DNA of 64,000 nt, from NCBI GenBank assembly GCA_965153285.1, contig OZ229113.1; one strand, 5' to 3'. The notes beneath the pieces were generated by a model. It had not been told where the DNA came from, did not search any database, and was given only the letters and a program-made list of their open reading frames with translations. Below are positions 1-12,423 of the stretch, one piece after another (positions within the stretch are counted from its first letter, which is position 1; each line of letters begins with the position of its first letter). The translations under genes and the position numbers were made by a program. Origin of the DNA: Podarcis tiliguerta (taxonomy: Eukaryota).

Positions 1-285
1 GGTGAGCTGCCATCGTTCAGTCCCAGCTCCTGCCCACCTAGCAGTTCGAAAGCACTCTTAAGTGCAAGTAGATAAATAGGGACCGCTTTATAGCGGGAAG
101 GTGAACGGCGTTTCCGTGTGCTGCTCTGGTGCTGGCTTGCCAGCTGCAGCTTCGTCATGCTGTCCAGGTGACCCAGAAGTGTCTTCGGATGGCGCTGGCT
201 CACGGCGTCTAGAGCGAGATGAGCACGCAACCCCAGAGTCGGACATGACTGGTCCGTACGAGCAGGGGTACCTTTACCTTTACCT
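1..285 (+). mobile_element. Sauria SINE (Squam1 type), 5' end cut by the window edge
   Basis: Body CCCAGCTCCTGCCCACCTAGCAGTTCGAAAGCAC...AGTAGATAAATAGGGACCGCT and tail GGGGTACCTTTACCTTTACC; collinear with the copy at 16815-17173. Confidence 0.9.
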
Positions 286-1324
286 ACATTGGACAGAATA
301 TTAAATTGTAGGAAAGTTTCACCCTTTGCTATCCCAGTTACCGCTTGTTGGTATTGATATCTGTGGACAAAGAATCTTCACAAACTTCAGTTTCAAAAGC
401 AAATCTTTCCTAAACTCCCTAACAATATAAGTTACACTGGAACAAAGCTATTTCAAGAAACTTTCTGTATGGTATAGAAAAATGAATTTTCCAAGAATGC
501 CCCTACAAGATTTAAAGTAAATGGAAAAGATTTAACTCTTTAAAATATGTACTCCGAGATGCTTTTAAAACAGAAAAGGCCATGCTAACACTAGTCTTTT
601 GTTGATATTTTGCATCTTTGCTACACCATGGTACATCATTGTAATGGTCTTGCTCACTGTTCTAATCAATGTTGGTGCTTACTCAATTGTATTTTTAATT
701 GTGAGAAAGCATTGCATTTTCGATGATTACTCACTTTGGCTCATCAACATTCATTCAAAATGTTTGAAGATGACAGCTTAGTTGTGTTTGCTTGTTGTAT
801 GAAAATAACTCCTAATTTTCTGTGGCATCAGGCAGGAAGCTTTGCTCTTTTTATCTAGAATTCCCAAGGACACGAGTCGGGCCCTGTATGTGTCATGAGT
901 CTTTTAGTCATCATTACAAAGATTCAAGTATTGAATACTTAAAAGGCCCCTGTAGCTACCAAACTGACCTGGCAACTATTTCATGAACATTTAAAACTAT
1001 AGAGTCAACTATTAACATGAATTTATTATCTAAAATGAAAGTGGTAACAGTCTCTGGTTAGGTTCAGATATAAGGTTAAGACATGGTTTGACCTTGAAGG
1101 AACAAGGTTCATATGCTACCTGCTCCCATTCCATCTATATCCTACCCCCCCATGTGCTCTGATTCCTTCCCAAAGATGCAGATGCTTTTACATCTGAACT
1201 ACATTGGTACCATACCCTTGCAGAGCGGAGCAGCAACATTTAGCCCAAATCTCACCAGGAAAGGGTCCATCTGCAACAATGTACTCACGGTGAGCCCACC
1301 AATCAATGGAATAGTGCTAAACTG

Positions 1325-1750
1325 TTGTGAGACAAAGACCAGGCCAAGGGATGCTCAGCTACATGTGTTGGGTCACTGATTTACTGAGGCAGCCTCATTT
1401 GAGGCAGCGTCAGCTGGATACGGAAGTCCACCAGCACCACTGTGTGAGAGTTCTCCAACCACATCTAAGACAACTTCCGCCAGCTTGGTCAGGGAGGTTG
1501 CAAAGAGCGGGGTGGAAGGCATACTAGCAACATCCTGCCTTTCTGTCTCAAAACCACAAACTATTTATCAAACCCAGACACCATGTGGATTGGTCTCCTG
1601 GTGAAGGAAACTGCAAATCCCCTACCCTTCTGATTGGAATATGCTGCACCATGTATCCAGGTGCGCACAACTGGGCAAATGTAGAACCATCCGGTCCATC
1701 TGCCCAAGTCTCAGTTATACATGCCAAGTCTGCACCCTCATCTACCATTA
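1325..1750 (-). mobile_element. L2-clade LINE ORF2 fragment, APE endonuclease domain, decayed
   Basis: Minus-strand translation gives DEGADLACITETW, then across frameshifts MLLVCLPPR, SLTKLAEVVLDVV, VVLVDFRI (~VLGDFNIH) and PTHVAEH (~PTHxAGHTLDL). Confidence 0.8.
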
Positions 1751-2338
1751 AGGCAATTGTATATCTTACAGTTGGTAATTTAAAGGTTGCTATGTCTGGT
1801 GTGTGTGTGTGTAAGTTATATGAAAGTCAGTTATGATGGACATTGACACACCTCACAGGAAGGGCATCCACATATCAGGAAATACATCTGAGAACCTTCT
1901 TCTCTCCCCCCCCCCCCGCCACCACTCACAAGCTCCCAAAATCTGCCTCAGAGGATCAGAGGATGTGGTGGGAGAAGATGAAGGAGAAAGTCCTGTCATG
2001 TCCACTGGTGTGGTCTTGGTCTTCACCCCTTGTCTTTTTGTTTTTGTTTTTAATTCTGTTATCATATGCCCGAAACAGGGCTTGTTCAAAATATGGATAA
2101 TTTAGTGATATTGTCTTAGTTTTAGGACTACTCCATAATAAATGCATTTTCCCCAACTTGTTAGAGGAATGTGCTGGTAAAGACTGACAATTTCATTTTG
2201 ATGACTGTCATAAGTTGTCATTGTATTGTTGGACATTCACAAGATTCATCTGGAATTCACTATAGTTTGACGATTTTCAACACAGTACTCCCAGAACCTG
2301 CACCAGTTTTCTTTGTACCTGAAAAGGATGCTTTATAC

Positions 2339-2476
2339 CAGGCATAGGGAAACTCGGCCCTCCAGATGTTTTGGGACTACAACTCCCATCATCCCTGACC
2401 ACTAGTCCTGTTAGCTAGGGATGATGGGAGTTGTAGTCCCAAAAAACATCTGAAGGGCCAAATTTGCCTATGCCTG
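2339..2476. mobile_element. Non-autonomous hAT (Charlie/Buster-type) MITE, near-perfect palindrome
   Basis: TIR CAGGCATAGG/CCTATGCCTG; internal arms ACTACAACTCCCATCATCCCT/AGGGATGATGGGAGTTGTAGT; degenerate 8-bp TSD ctttatac/ccttctac. Confidence 0.85.
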
Positions 2477-3516
2477 CCTTCTACTGTCAGTGCACAACAC
2501 ATATAATGGCTATAAAACCTGTAGGCATGCCATACTTTCTAAATTTTCTACCTGGCACTACAGCACTGAACACAGAAAGAATGATACTTACACAAGCTAT
2601 TCACAGTGTAGCATGTCTCCTGAAATAAAAGGAAATGGGCTATTGACTCTATTGGGCTTTCAGTCATTATTTGGAGAAACACTTTACCATATCCTTGAGT
2701 TTATCCTTATTCCCAAAAACATTTAAGCAATTAGGGGAGCAGTACCTGTCATTTTTCCTACACTAACCTATCCAATTTAATGCACCTTCAGTGGACTAGA
2801 ATCCACTGAAGAATTTTGCTTCTTTCTCCTAAAGGCTGCCTTTGTCTTGCCTTCACAAAGGCCTCAGGATATACTTTCAGCATCTCGTTCCTAACAAAAT
2901 CATCTCTGTTTCCCTCAGAAAGTTTGTCTGCATCTGGCCACTGATATCATTCACGGGAGAGACAGAATTTCCAGGGCCCAAGCAATTTATAGTGCCATAT
3001 AATGAGCCTACTGCAATATGCTCATTATTCCGAAGGGACTGCAGACAACATGTGTACACAACTGGCAGCATGGACAATGTTGGAGGTTGCTACATTTTCA
3101 GCTCCTTGCTGATGAAGAATAGAGACATCAATTACAGCTACTGATTCTGATCTCGTAGGTGTGACCGATATCTCTGTTGAACAGCACACAGCAGAAGCAT
3201 CAGCCATTGAAACAGCCCTAAGTCTATAGGAATTATTGCCAAAATACAAATAAGTTCTAAATAAACACCAATAAATCTGGGAGAGGGCAACTTAATTAGC
3301 TATATTATGTTCTATTTTTTGTTATTATATCATAGAAAAATTATAAATAAAGTTTTTTTAAAAAAAAAAACCATATAAAAGTATTCTACAGGCCATATCA
3401 ACTACTGCTGTAAGATATTGTGATGTGTGCACCCCATTACAGGGAAGACTGCAGGCATGCAGAAGGGGGGTGAGGGGTTGAGGTACAGTAGCCATGGACT
3501 GGATTCTAGCTTTAAA

Positions 3517-3758
3517 GCCAGTGTGGTGTAGTGGTTAAGAACGGTAGTCACGTAATCTGGGTAACCGGGTTCGCGTCTCCGCTCCTCCACATGCAGCTGC
3601 TGGGTGACCTTGGGCCAGTCACAGTCTCTCAGCCCCACTCACCTCACAGAGTGTTTGTTGTGGGGGAGGAAGGGAAAGGAGAATGTTAGCCACTTTGAGA
3701 CTCCTTAAAGGGAGTGAAAGGCGGGATATCAAATCCAAACTCTTCTTCTTCTTCTTCT
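3517..3758 (+). mobile_element. tRNA-derived SINE (Squam3-like) with (CTT)n tail
   Basis: Head GCCAGTGTGGTGTAGTGGTTAAGA (box A) and GGGTTCGCGTCTCC (box B-like); tail AAACTCTTCTTCTT; highly similar to 53827-54072. Confidence 0.85.
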
Positions 3759-5114
3759 AAAGTTGTGTTGCAGAGCAATGCAAAGCTAGCTATGAAATCT
3801 GATTGTGTAAGTATATAAAGAGTGTGGAGAACAGCAGAAGAGTTTGAAGACATCACCTCCCTCCCCCAAGGTAGTCATGGAGAGGTGGATCTCAAAGTGA
3901 GAAAAGGTTGCTGTGAACCAAGGAGTTCTAGCCAAGCATCCACCCACAATAATAATAAAAGAGGCCTGTCTGAATAGGAGTTGGAGCCAAAAAGGTGGTA
4001 GAGGATGGAACATCTCATCTTCAATGTACTTTAGAAGTTGTTCCCACTCTTTCTATGTCCCGTATTTTTAAAATGACTTAAAGCCATATGATGCTTTGTT
4101 ACTATCAGTACGTGTGCTCAGGTCAGATCAATGGAAACTGTAGACTTGCATTCACCTGCTTTTGCATGGGGTTCTCCCGACTAGGGAGATAACAGTCTCA
4201 TTACTGGCAAATAGCAATGCAATATAGCTTCTGAGTAAAACTTTCTTGCTACATTATAATGTGAAAAGAGAGTGCAAACGTCATTTGCTTCACTGGTTAT
4301 AAAATATATACATGTATTTTTAGGTGCTGTTTTTCTGAGAAAAGGTCCTTCATAGCATTGAATTGACTGCATATCACACAAACAGTCTACTACATTCATA
4401 TAAAAGGAATGGTTTTTTTTTAATTTGCATTAATAAAGAAGCCCAAACCAGCAATTTTATAGACGAGTAAATGAATAGGTGTGAGAATTTGTGACACTTT
4501 CAAAACACATGGAAGGCTCCCAAATATCCACTTTCCTAATATTATTTTAAATATTTTAACATGAAAAGACTGGCAAGTGAATAAACACAATAGTAAGGAA
4601 AGAAGGTGACATTGAGGGGGAAAGATAGTTAAGCCCTGAAATTGCATTCAAATAATCACTTCTTCACCAAATACTTTACTGTCCAGCTAGGAAAGAATCT
4701 GACCAGAATCCTGCAGTTTAGATCTAATTGGTGGATGTGAGCTCTCCTGAGGACTGGTAGCAACCAACAAAGTGAATACCAAGCACCAGTTCAAGAAAGC
4801 AGGGAGCACAAGAACTCTGAACATATTTCCAACTCAGGGGCTGTAAATGACAAAGAAATGCTCACTGTAAAATCTGGAATACAATGCCAACACAGCTATA
4901 ACCTATGGGGACAAAACCAAATAATAGGTGTCAGTAGGCCTGTATAAAAAGCACAGTGTCTTACAACAATAAATGTGAAATGCTGGCCACTTGCCCTGTG
5001 GGTCACTGAGAAGTTTGCCTGTCTCAGTGGAGCATAGCTTTCAGAAACTATACAGAACAACAGAAGGGTAGGCTGAAGACCATGGGATGAATGTAAAATG
5101 ACAAAGCAGAGGTA

Positions 5115-5276
5115 CACAGGAAGCTGTGTTATTCCAAGTTAGTATATGTATCCAGGACTGTGAATGGCAACAGTTTCCCAGAGTCTCAGGCAGACTTCTT
5201 GCATGTACACAGCTACTTGTTTCTTGTAACTGAAGACGTTCTGTATGAGAAACATGTACTCTGACATTGAGCTACA
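5115..5276 (-). mobile_element. Degenerate tRNA-derived SINE with CR1-like tail (Squam2-like)
   Basis: Reverse-complement similarity to the 6729-6914 element (aggaagctg...ttat at the tail end, tgagctac at the head end). Confidence 0.45.
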
Positions 5277-6728
5277 GTATGCTAGGATGAAGACATCAGA
5301 CAATGGTGGAATTAGGAAGCATGGTAAGTCTTTTTCAATAAGTCTGTATACATTTCACCCTAAATATTTAACCAACGGTGAAAATAAGTAGAGCTCTGTT
5401 AGATCAGATCACAGACCTGTTAGCTCAGCAACATGTTTCCCACCATGGCCAACCAAATACTTCTGGGAAGTCCACAAGCTTGGACTTAAGGAAGTAGTGG
5501 ATGTTCTATTAGCTACTATAGCTAACTACTACAGATGGAACTATCCTATAGGTTTCTGTCTACTCACATCTTATTAAGCTATCTAAGCAAGTGGCATATG
5601 GTGGGGAAGATGGGGGGGGGGGAGGAGAGACCGCAGTCCTCCTCTCCTGGTTCACACAATATTAATTACATGCAACGGAATGCCCAAACAAGGTTAATTT
5701 GGAATATGATAATTTCACATCACCTTGGCATATGAGGATGTACATATTTTTTTGTAGATCCAGGTGAAATATGGTTTCAATGATGAAGCTTTACAGTTTT
5801 TAAAAATGACAAAAATAATATTTTGCATCATATGAAATAACATCATGGCTCTCCTTGTTATGCTATCTTGAGCCTTGAAGTAGTTATCCAGTTATCCAGT
5901 GCTCTCACCCACGCATAGCTAACCATGGACAAGTAATGTACATTTTTACGTATAGTGAAAATTGTAACTCCTTTTTTCCTTCCTTGGTCCTGCTGCCACC
6001 ATGTTAAGCCATTGTTTGGTTATGTTGCAAATAGTCCATGTCACAGTCTCTAAAGCCTTCTTATAATAACAACACTCAGAAGATTTTACTCATCTTCTGC
6101 CAGGTCTGCATAATCACTACATCACTATCTCTATATTTGCCCCTTTATCATAAACCTTCTTTTAATTAGTACTTCCTTTTATACTTCCTACATAATTCCC
6201 CCCCCCCCCTTTCACCTTGTCCTCATCCTTTTCATCCCCTTGTCCCCATAGACTCCCCATGTAATTAAACTCCCATCCTAGCGCTCTTGCTATTCCATAT
6301 GCCTTCATGAGATTGGCATTGTGTCTTCCTCTCTGTTTGATATAATTGTAAATCCACATGTTTCTTTCCATTCTGCCTGGTTCCTAGGAAATAACAGGTC
6401 CAAGCTGGAAATCGAGAGCAATGCCTAGCACAAAAGTTATTATATTTTCTTGGATATATTATTATTTTAATCTTCCTCCCTTCAAGCCTTAACTGTCATC
6501 ATATAAACATGATTTTTTTTTGTTCTTAGAGAATACAGATGGCACGCTGACAAGTGTGTAGACGGATGAACACTCAATCTCCCCCCCAACACATACACAA
6601 TATGCTAGTAATTTCAGACTGCATTTTGTAAGCATAGATATATGTGTTGAGATGTTACTGAAAATCTTTGAAAGTTAATTCATTTCACTTTTACTTGAAT
6701 TAAAGATTACTTGATTTAACTGTGGTAG

Positions 6729-6914
6729 AGCCTTGTCTGAGTAACAGGAGACATGTTTCACATACAGAGAACCCCAGGTTCAACCCCCTTTAGGGCTGGG
6801 AGAGACACATGTCTGAAACCCTAAAGAGCTGCTGCCACTGACAGTCAGTGTAAGCAGTATTGATGCAGAAGGACCAATGAGTCTGACTCAGTATAAGGCA
6901 TATTTCTATGTTCC
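6729..6914 (+). mobile_element. Degenerate tRNA-derived SINE with CR1-like tail (Squam2-like)
   Basis: Box B-like CCCAGGTTCAACCCC; body GGCTGGGAGAGAC...CTGAAACCCT...GAGCTGCTGCCA; tail GGACCAATGAGTCTGACTCAGTATAAGGCA...CTATGTTCC. Confidence 0.7.
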
Positions 6915-8324
6915 AAAGTGGCACTGGAAGTCCAATAGCCTAACACAGCCTTTGTTATGTTTCACTGTTTCATGTTGGAATTTGACGGCATATTTCATGA
7001 GATCTGACAATTTGATGTATGATCTTCAGATTTCCCTAGTCTAAAAAGAACTCCATGTATACAAAATTCAATCTTAATAACTACAGTGCAGAGGTGCATT
7101 TCATACCCCCTTTTTAACGTAGTTCATAATAATGCTGTTCTCAGAAATTTCTAGCAATTCAGATGTGTGAATATAGCCAGAGTAGGCCCATGATTGACTT
7201 AGTAACCACTGATTTCAATGAGTCTACTTTAAGAATGACAGTTCCTGGATCAAACCCAGTGTGCATCCCGAATGACAGCTTTCTAGATAATATGAATAGA
7301 GAAGCAAACACTTGGCTTACACAAAATTTTGAACATTTTCAGATGGTTTTTCGTGAGATTGATTACAAACTTCATGTTCCTGATTTTTAATTTTAGATAT
7401 AAACCAGCACTGGCCCAAAGATATGGAGTCAATTCAGCTCTAGCTGCACCCAGTCAATGGCCTCATAAGGGTATGAACATATTCATCCGCTTTAAATGGG
7501 TCAAACTGCTACATTGGGGTGCCCTAAGAAGCACAATGCAGGTGAACATTGGAAGCCAGGTGTCCATCATTATTACAGTGTTGGAGACTGGAAAGATTCA
7601 GGTTCAATCCCAACTCAGCATGAAGGGGAGAGATTTGGAGCAATCATTATCTCTTAATCTAGCAAGTACTTTGCAGGGTTCTTGTGAAGATGCATTTGGG
7701 GAGAGAACTAGGTACGCTGCCTTGAGTGCACTGGAGAAATGACAGGGGTATAAATGCAGTAAGTAACAATCCAGATGCCAATCTGCACCTGCACTGGTTG
7801 CATAGCTCCTTCTCCATGCCCACTTGCTGGTTTGGAGAGAGAATCTTTGTTTCTGGTATATCGACCCACACTTAGCCATTCCTTGCCTTTTCAACCATGC
7901 ATATTATTTCAGCACCTTTTTAATCCTCATCACTCAAAGATGGTGTGATTATCTCTCTCTGCCCTTTCACCTGCTCTCCCGTTATGCCCTATATTCCCCA
8001 TGGAAATTTCTCCTCAACTTTGGGCATTCCCGTTTGGACGGCATAGCCTCAAGCCATTCACCCCCACGTCGGTCTCAGGTGGCCTTCCAGATGCCCGATT
8101 TGTTTTCTCTTTCCTCCTTACAGCCATTTTGTTTTCCTCCTCATTAAAAAAGCAAGGAAAAAAGAAAAGAAAACCGCTTTCCCTCGCAGATTCAGACATG
8201 TCTTTACAGACAGCCACTCCCCGCGTTGTTCTGGAGCCTCACCCACCGCAGCCCACCCCGCTTGCAGCACCTAGCAGGCAGATTTTGTCACTGAAGAAAC
8301 CTTTCTGACCACAGATTCCTCCTC

Positions 8325-8343
8325 CAGCAGCAGCAGCAGCAGC
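8325..8343 (+). repeat. (CAG)6 microsatellite in the upstream CpG island
   Basis: cagcagcagcagcagcagc. Confidence 0.9.
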
Positions 8344-8761
8344 CTTTCCTTCCCGACGCGTCTCCCTCCTTCCCCGCACCTCGGTGCAACCTGTCGCACT
8401 GCACAGGCATGTGAGCCCACGCAGCCCCTCCAAATCTGCATATCCGTCGCCTTTCAGCTCCTGCAAACTTTTTTTCCACCCTCTCTCTTTCCTGTTCTGC
8501 CTGGCCTCGCCACATGCCTTTTGCCCTTTCGCACTTCCCCACAGCTCCGCGGGCAGCTCCCTTTCCTCTTCTCCTCGAAAACCTGCTCGCAGCCAGCCAG
8601 CAGAGCCGTTTCCCCTTGGGCGGCATTCCGCCAGGGCGGGAAAGGCGCGGAATGTTGTAAGGAGCAGCGCCTGAGCGTCAAAAAGGCGCGGAAGAATCTC
8701 TCTCTCTCTTTCCCCTTCCTCGCTCTTTACCGCTCGTCGAGCTGGACCGGCTCCCGTTTGC

Positions 8762-8855
8762 GTGTGTGTGTGTGCGTTTTAAATCAAGCCGTGCATGTGT
8801 GCCGGCGGAGGGATACTTCCCATTCCTTCCTTCGTGTGTGTGTGTGTGTGTGTGT
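8762..8855 (+). repeat. Two (GT)n tracts in the proximal promoter (~8762-8774 and ~8834-8855)
   Basis: Read directly from the sequence. Confidence 0.9.
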
Positions 8856-8893
8856 AACGGCTCCTCCTCTGCTGCTACCGCCGCCGCCTCCTT

Positions 8894-8927
8894 GATATAG
8901 CGAGGCGCAAAGAGGCGCTTGCAGTCA
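8894..8927 (+). promoter_or_regulatory. Putative core promoter: TATA-like GATATAG (8894-8900) and Inr-like GCAGTC (predicted TSS ~8923)
   Basis: AT-rich TATA-like box within the GC-rich island, about 27 nt upstream of an initiator-like CAGT, which is canonical spacing. Confidence 0.55.
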
Positions 8928-9169
8928 CTCGGCGAACGGCGCTCGTGAGGAGGCTTCGGGGCTGGAGTTTGCTCTCGCGGCGCGCGTCTATGTGCGAGCG
9001 GGCGCGCGGCGGGCGCGCGCCTTTGACTGAAGGGGTGAGGAGACTTGAGCGCGAGGAGAGCGACGCAGTAGCAGCAGAGGCGGCGGCAAAGTAGGAGCGA
9101 GACTGCTGGCTTCGCCTCCGCTCGGCGCCTCTTAACTTGGGAACTGTCCACCAACGGGAGCTCCTGAAA

Positions 9170-9221
9170 ATGAACCGCCTGACTCTTTACCTGCTCGGAT
9201 TGTTCCTCAGTAGCGGGCAAG
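9170..9221 (+). CDS. NCAM2: NCAM2 (neural cell adhesion molecule 2) coding exon 1, signal peptide MNRLTLYLLGLFLSSGQ plus phase-1 G
   Basis: Closely matches the human NCAM2 N-terminus as I recall it (MSLLLSFYLLGLLVSSGQ|A). Kozak context gaaaATGa, phase-1 donor CAAG|GTAGGA at 9222, CpG island, and a following intron >54 kb, as expected for NCAM2. Confidence 0.85.
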
Positions 9222-12200
9222 GTAGGAGAACGATTCCCCCTCCGCTTCCCTTCCTTCCCTTGTTCCATGAGCCCCTCAATCTTCCTCCATCTCTTCGTGA
9301 TGCTTATAATGCAATTAAAATAACGCGCCCCCCTACCCTCACACTCCTATCGCCAGTAGCAGCAGCAACCTGACACTTGAAATATCATTTTGCCTTTTGC
9401 ATTGGTCACCTTCTTAAATCGAGGAAGATCTCCCCGTTGATATATACGTCTGTGATATACGATGGAGAACGAGTGTGCTAACTGCAGTTTTCTTGGGGGC
9501 TAATCTTTCTCTGATCATTCGGAACAATGATTGTCCTTGTTTCTTCACAGCTGATTTTGATTTTTTTTTCTTCCTTCCCCTCCCCTCTCCTGGTACTGCA
9601 GTAAAAGGAATGGGATTGAATGTAAAGCCTTCCTCCACATACTAATTAAACTGGATTTACCCAATTTGAATGAATTTGAAAGAGGTTGGGAGTCCTTGCC
9701 AGTGAGGAAATCTGGAGGTTCCCCCCACCCCCACAAGAGGAAAAAATTGTCTCCTTGTGGTTCTGTAAGGAGAGCTTTCCTGGATTAAATTTGCCAACAG
9801 CAGACACTGGGTGCTGTGTTGTGTATGGCACATCTGTGTAGGTATGCACACAGCCGCTCTGATACAAGGTGGTGCATGGCATGTGTACATCCTTAGAACT
9901 GAATGGCAGTTGCATTGCAATAAGAAGGCAGAGGCAGAGGCTGCACCTTGGCGCTTTTGGTTTTCAGATATATGTTTGTGTGTTTAAACGTTCATTTTAG
10001 CAGTGTTTCGCTTGAAACAGAGGCTGGTCTGTGCCTGTTGTGTGCTTCTTACTCCTAGGTTACTTCAGGATTCCACTACTTTTGGACAGGCAGAAGGAAC
10101 ATTGCACTGTATGAATGGGACGCACTAACAGAACCCCTTTGTGCAAATTAATTGCAGCGTTTCAAACTGTTTAGACAAGTTTTTGGCATGACTTAAAGAG
10201 TCAGTTAAATTGCTGGAGGAGCTTGTTTTGCCCTCCCTGGGAAGGGATTTATAGGTATTATGGCAATTAGCGACATGGAAGTTCATATATATATGTGTGT
10301 TAGTGTGTATGCATGCTGGGCGAAAGCTGGACAGATGCATGCCATACACTTTATTTATAAAGCATATCTAAGAAGGGGGGGGGGGTGGAATTTCACCAAC
10401 TGGGATTACTTCTGGACTTGCATTTTCTAGGTTGCTCTTTTTACTGAATTATTCTGTCCAGCAGGGGGTGATAGAGTTCTACTGAAATGGCTAAGTTTGT
10501 TAATTTCACTCTATGTCAAAGCAAGGCTTTTACACAGGCAGAAAGAGAGTGAGTCTGTCTTCTATCATTCTTCAAGCACAGCTTGACATTTTGGATGTGA
10601 CTTCTTCAATTCTCTGTTCTCATCTCCTCCCCCCCCCCTCAGCTGAGCACAGGCAGTGATATGCAAATTAGCTGCACAAGCCATTTTCCTGCCCTGCTTC
10701 CCTTCCATCAAACACGTTTAGAATTAAGACCTGCAGTATCTTTTTTTTTTAAGCAACATCAACAATGCAGGTTTATAAAATGCTTAAGAGCAAACTGTTG
10801 CACATTTTCAAACCAATGATAATTAGGGATACTGAGGACTGTATCTCACATAATTATTTTGTATCTCGTGTCCTTAGGAATGTAAGTCACTGGATACTAT
10901 TATCTTAAGTGAAAATGCTGTTTTCTTTTCTTTTTTTGCTATCTCTGGGTAGACTTCGGATCAATTGTATTTAGTAATTTAGTACTGCCCTGAGGATATT
11001 CAGCAGAACAACAGTCAGACCTAAGAGAAGAGGCAATGGAAGACAGTAGCCTAAGCATTCACATCTGCTTAGCGGGGTAGTTTGTGGAGCATGGTGTTGC
11101 TAAGGTTCAAGAAATAGATGGGTGCAAATTTGCAAATTCATATTGTTCTTCAGCTGGGAAGATTCCATGTCCTAAAAATGACTGAACTGCAAACAACATA
11201 TTTATTGATCAATTTTGCACTCTGCTATAACTCTGAAGAATACCACATCCAAGGCTAGACCTTATTGATTCATCAGTAGAACTAGACGTATGCCTTCAAG
11301 ATCAGTTCTTTGGGTCAGATTGCTTTTGATAAAATTTGCATGGAAGAGAGATTGTATTTTAATCATTTCTGAAGGTCTTTTCAACATGCAGTGTGCTTTA
11401 TAGTTGGTCATCCATACAGTAGTTCTGTGAAATAGTGGCTTGTCCAGAACCACTGGGTTTCATAGTCAATTACAAACCATGTTTCATGGTTTTTTTTTAA
11501 GGTACAAATACAACATGTTATTTTCATCCACCACATCCCTCATATGTTTGCATATGTATGTGCATCTTTGTCAGAGTAATCTATCTCACTGAAACCCATA
11601 TACGGATTGCTACAATTGTTGTGGATGGAACGACATAAAAGGCTAAATAAAATTGCCTAAACAAAAGGCAAGAATTAAGAAGAGAAACTTCGTTCATTAA
11701 CAAGAAACACATACATCTTGTTGGGTGGGGACCTTGGAAAAAAATTGGGAGCTTGCAATTTGGAACAATTCTGTCGGTTAAAATGTCAGAATTATTTGGG
11801 CATCCTATTAACTTCTTAACTGTGTACTCATCTAGAATCTTAGAATGCATGTTATCTCTCAATAACTGAAAGAAGTGGGAGAGCATATGGGAGGCACAAA
11901 TAAAATAGACAGTAATCACTGGGGTCATTTGTTTTAGATATACAAACCCCCAAGGTTCAGGTTTTATGTTGGTAATATAGTTGATGTGGATTTTATGAAG
12001 CATGGTTGAAGCTTGTTTCTTTGGAAAGCATTGTGTTGTTAGATTGGTGAAGGAAGAATGCATTTCTTTTTAAGCAATCGCAATATGTTTGAGCTGAAGC
12101 AACTGCTTGCTCAGAATAGCAGAAGTAAAAAATTGCCAAGCCTGAGTGCTAATCAATGTCATAATTAAATAAGAAGGCCCAAATCAACACATTTAATTGT

Positions 12201-12286
12201 ACTGATAATGCGATATGCACTCCAAAAACACGTTTTGAAGAGTATGTTGTCTTTTAAAAAAAGTAATATCTGAAAAGTGTCTAGAT

Positions 12287-12423
12287 CAGTATTTTCCAAC
12301 CTTGGGTCTCCAGCTGTTTTTGCACTACAACTCCCAACATCCCTAGCTAGCAAGACCAATGGTTGGATCATGATGGGAATTGTAGTCCAAAAACAACTGG
12401 AGACCCAAGGTTGGGAAACTTTG
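12287..12423. mobile_element. Non-autonomous hAT MITE, palindromic
   Basis: Arms CCAACCTTGGGTCTCCAG/CTGGAGACCCAAGGTTGG; same ACTACAACTCCCA core as 2339-2476; 8-bp TSD gtctagat/gtcttgat. Confidence 0.85.

Larger units (their letters stand above)
8200..9370. promoter_or_regulatory. NCAM2: CpG island / promoter of NCAM2
   Basis: Only long CpG-dense, GC-rich stretch outside SINEs in a CpG-depleted window; spans exon 1 and the intron start. Confidence 0.9.

Noticed and set aside
2842-3249. Overlapping ORFs on both strands with coding-like composition
   Set aside because: No motif I recognise in any frame and no convincing splice sites; BLASTx would be needed to exclude a decayed TE or pseudogene
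8678-9268. 196-aa antisense ORF across exon 1, and other ORFs at 8000-8900
   Set aside because: Stop-poor frames are expected in a GC-rich CpG island; low-complexity translations through microsatellites; no recognisable domain
9137-9373. 78-aa ORF as a complete protein
   Set aside because: It is exon 1 read through the splice donor into the intron from a TTG start; only 9170-9221 is supported
11581-12063. 160-aa minus-strand ORF
   Set aside because: Random-like composition, no domain, AT-rich intronic context
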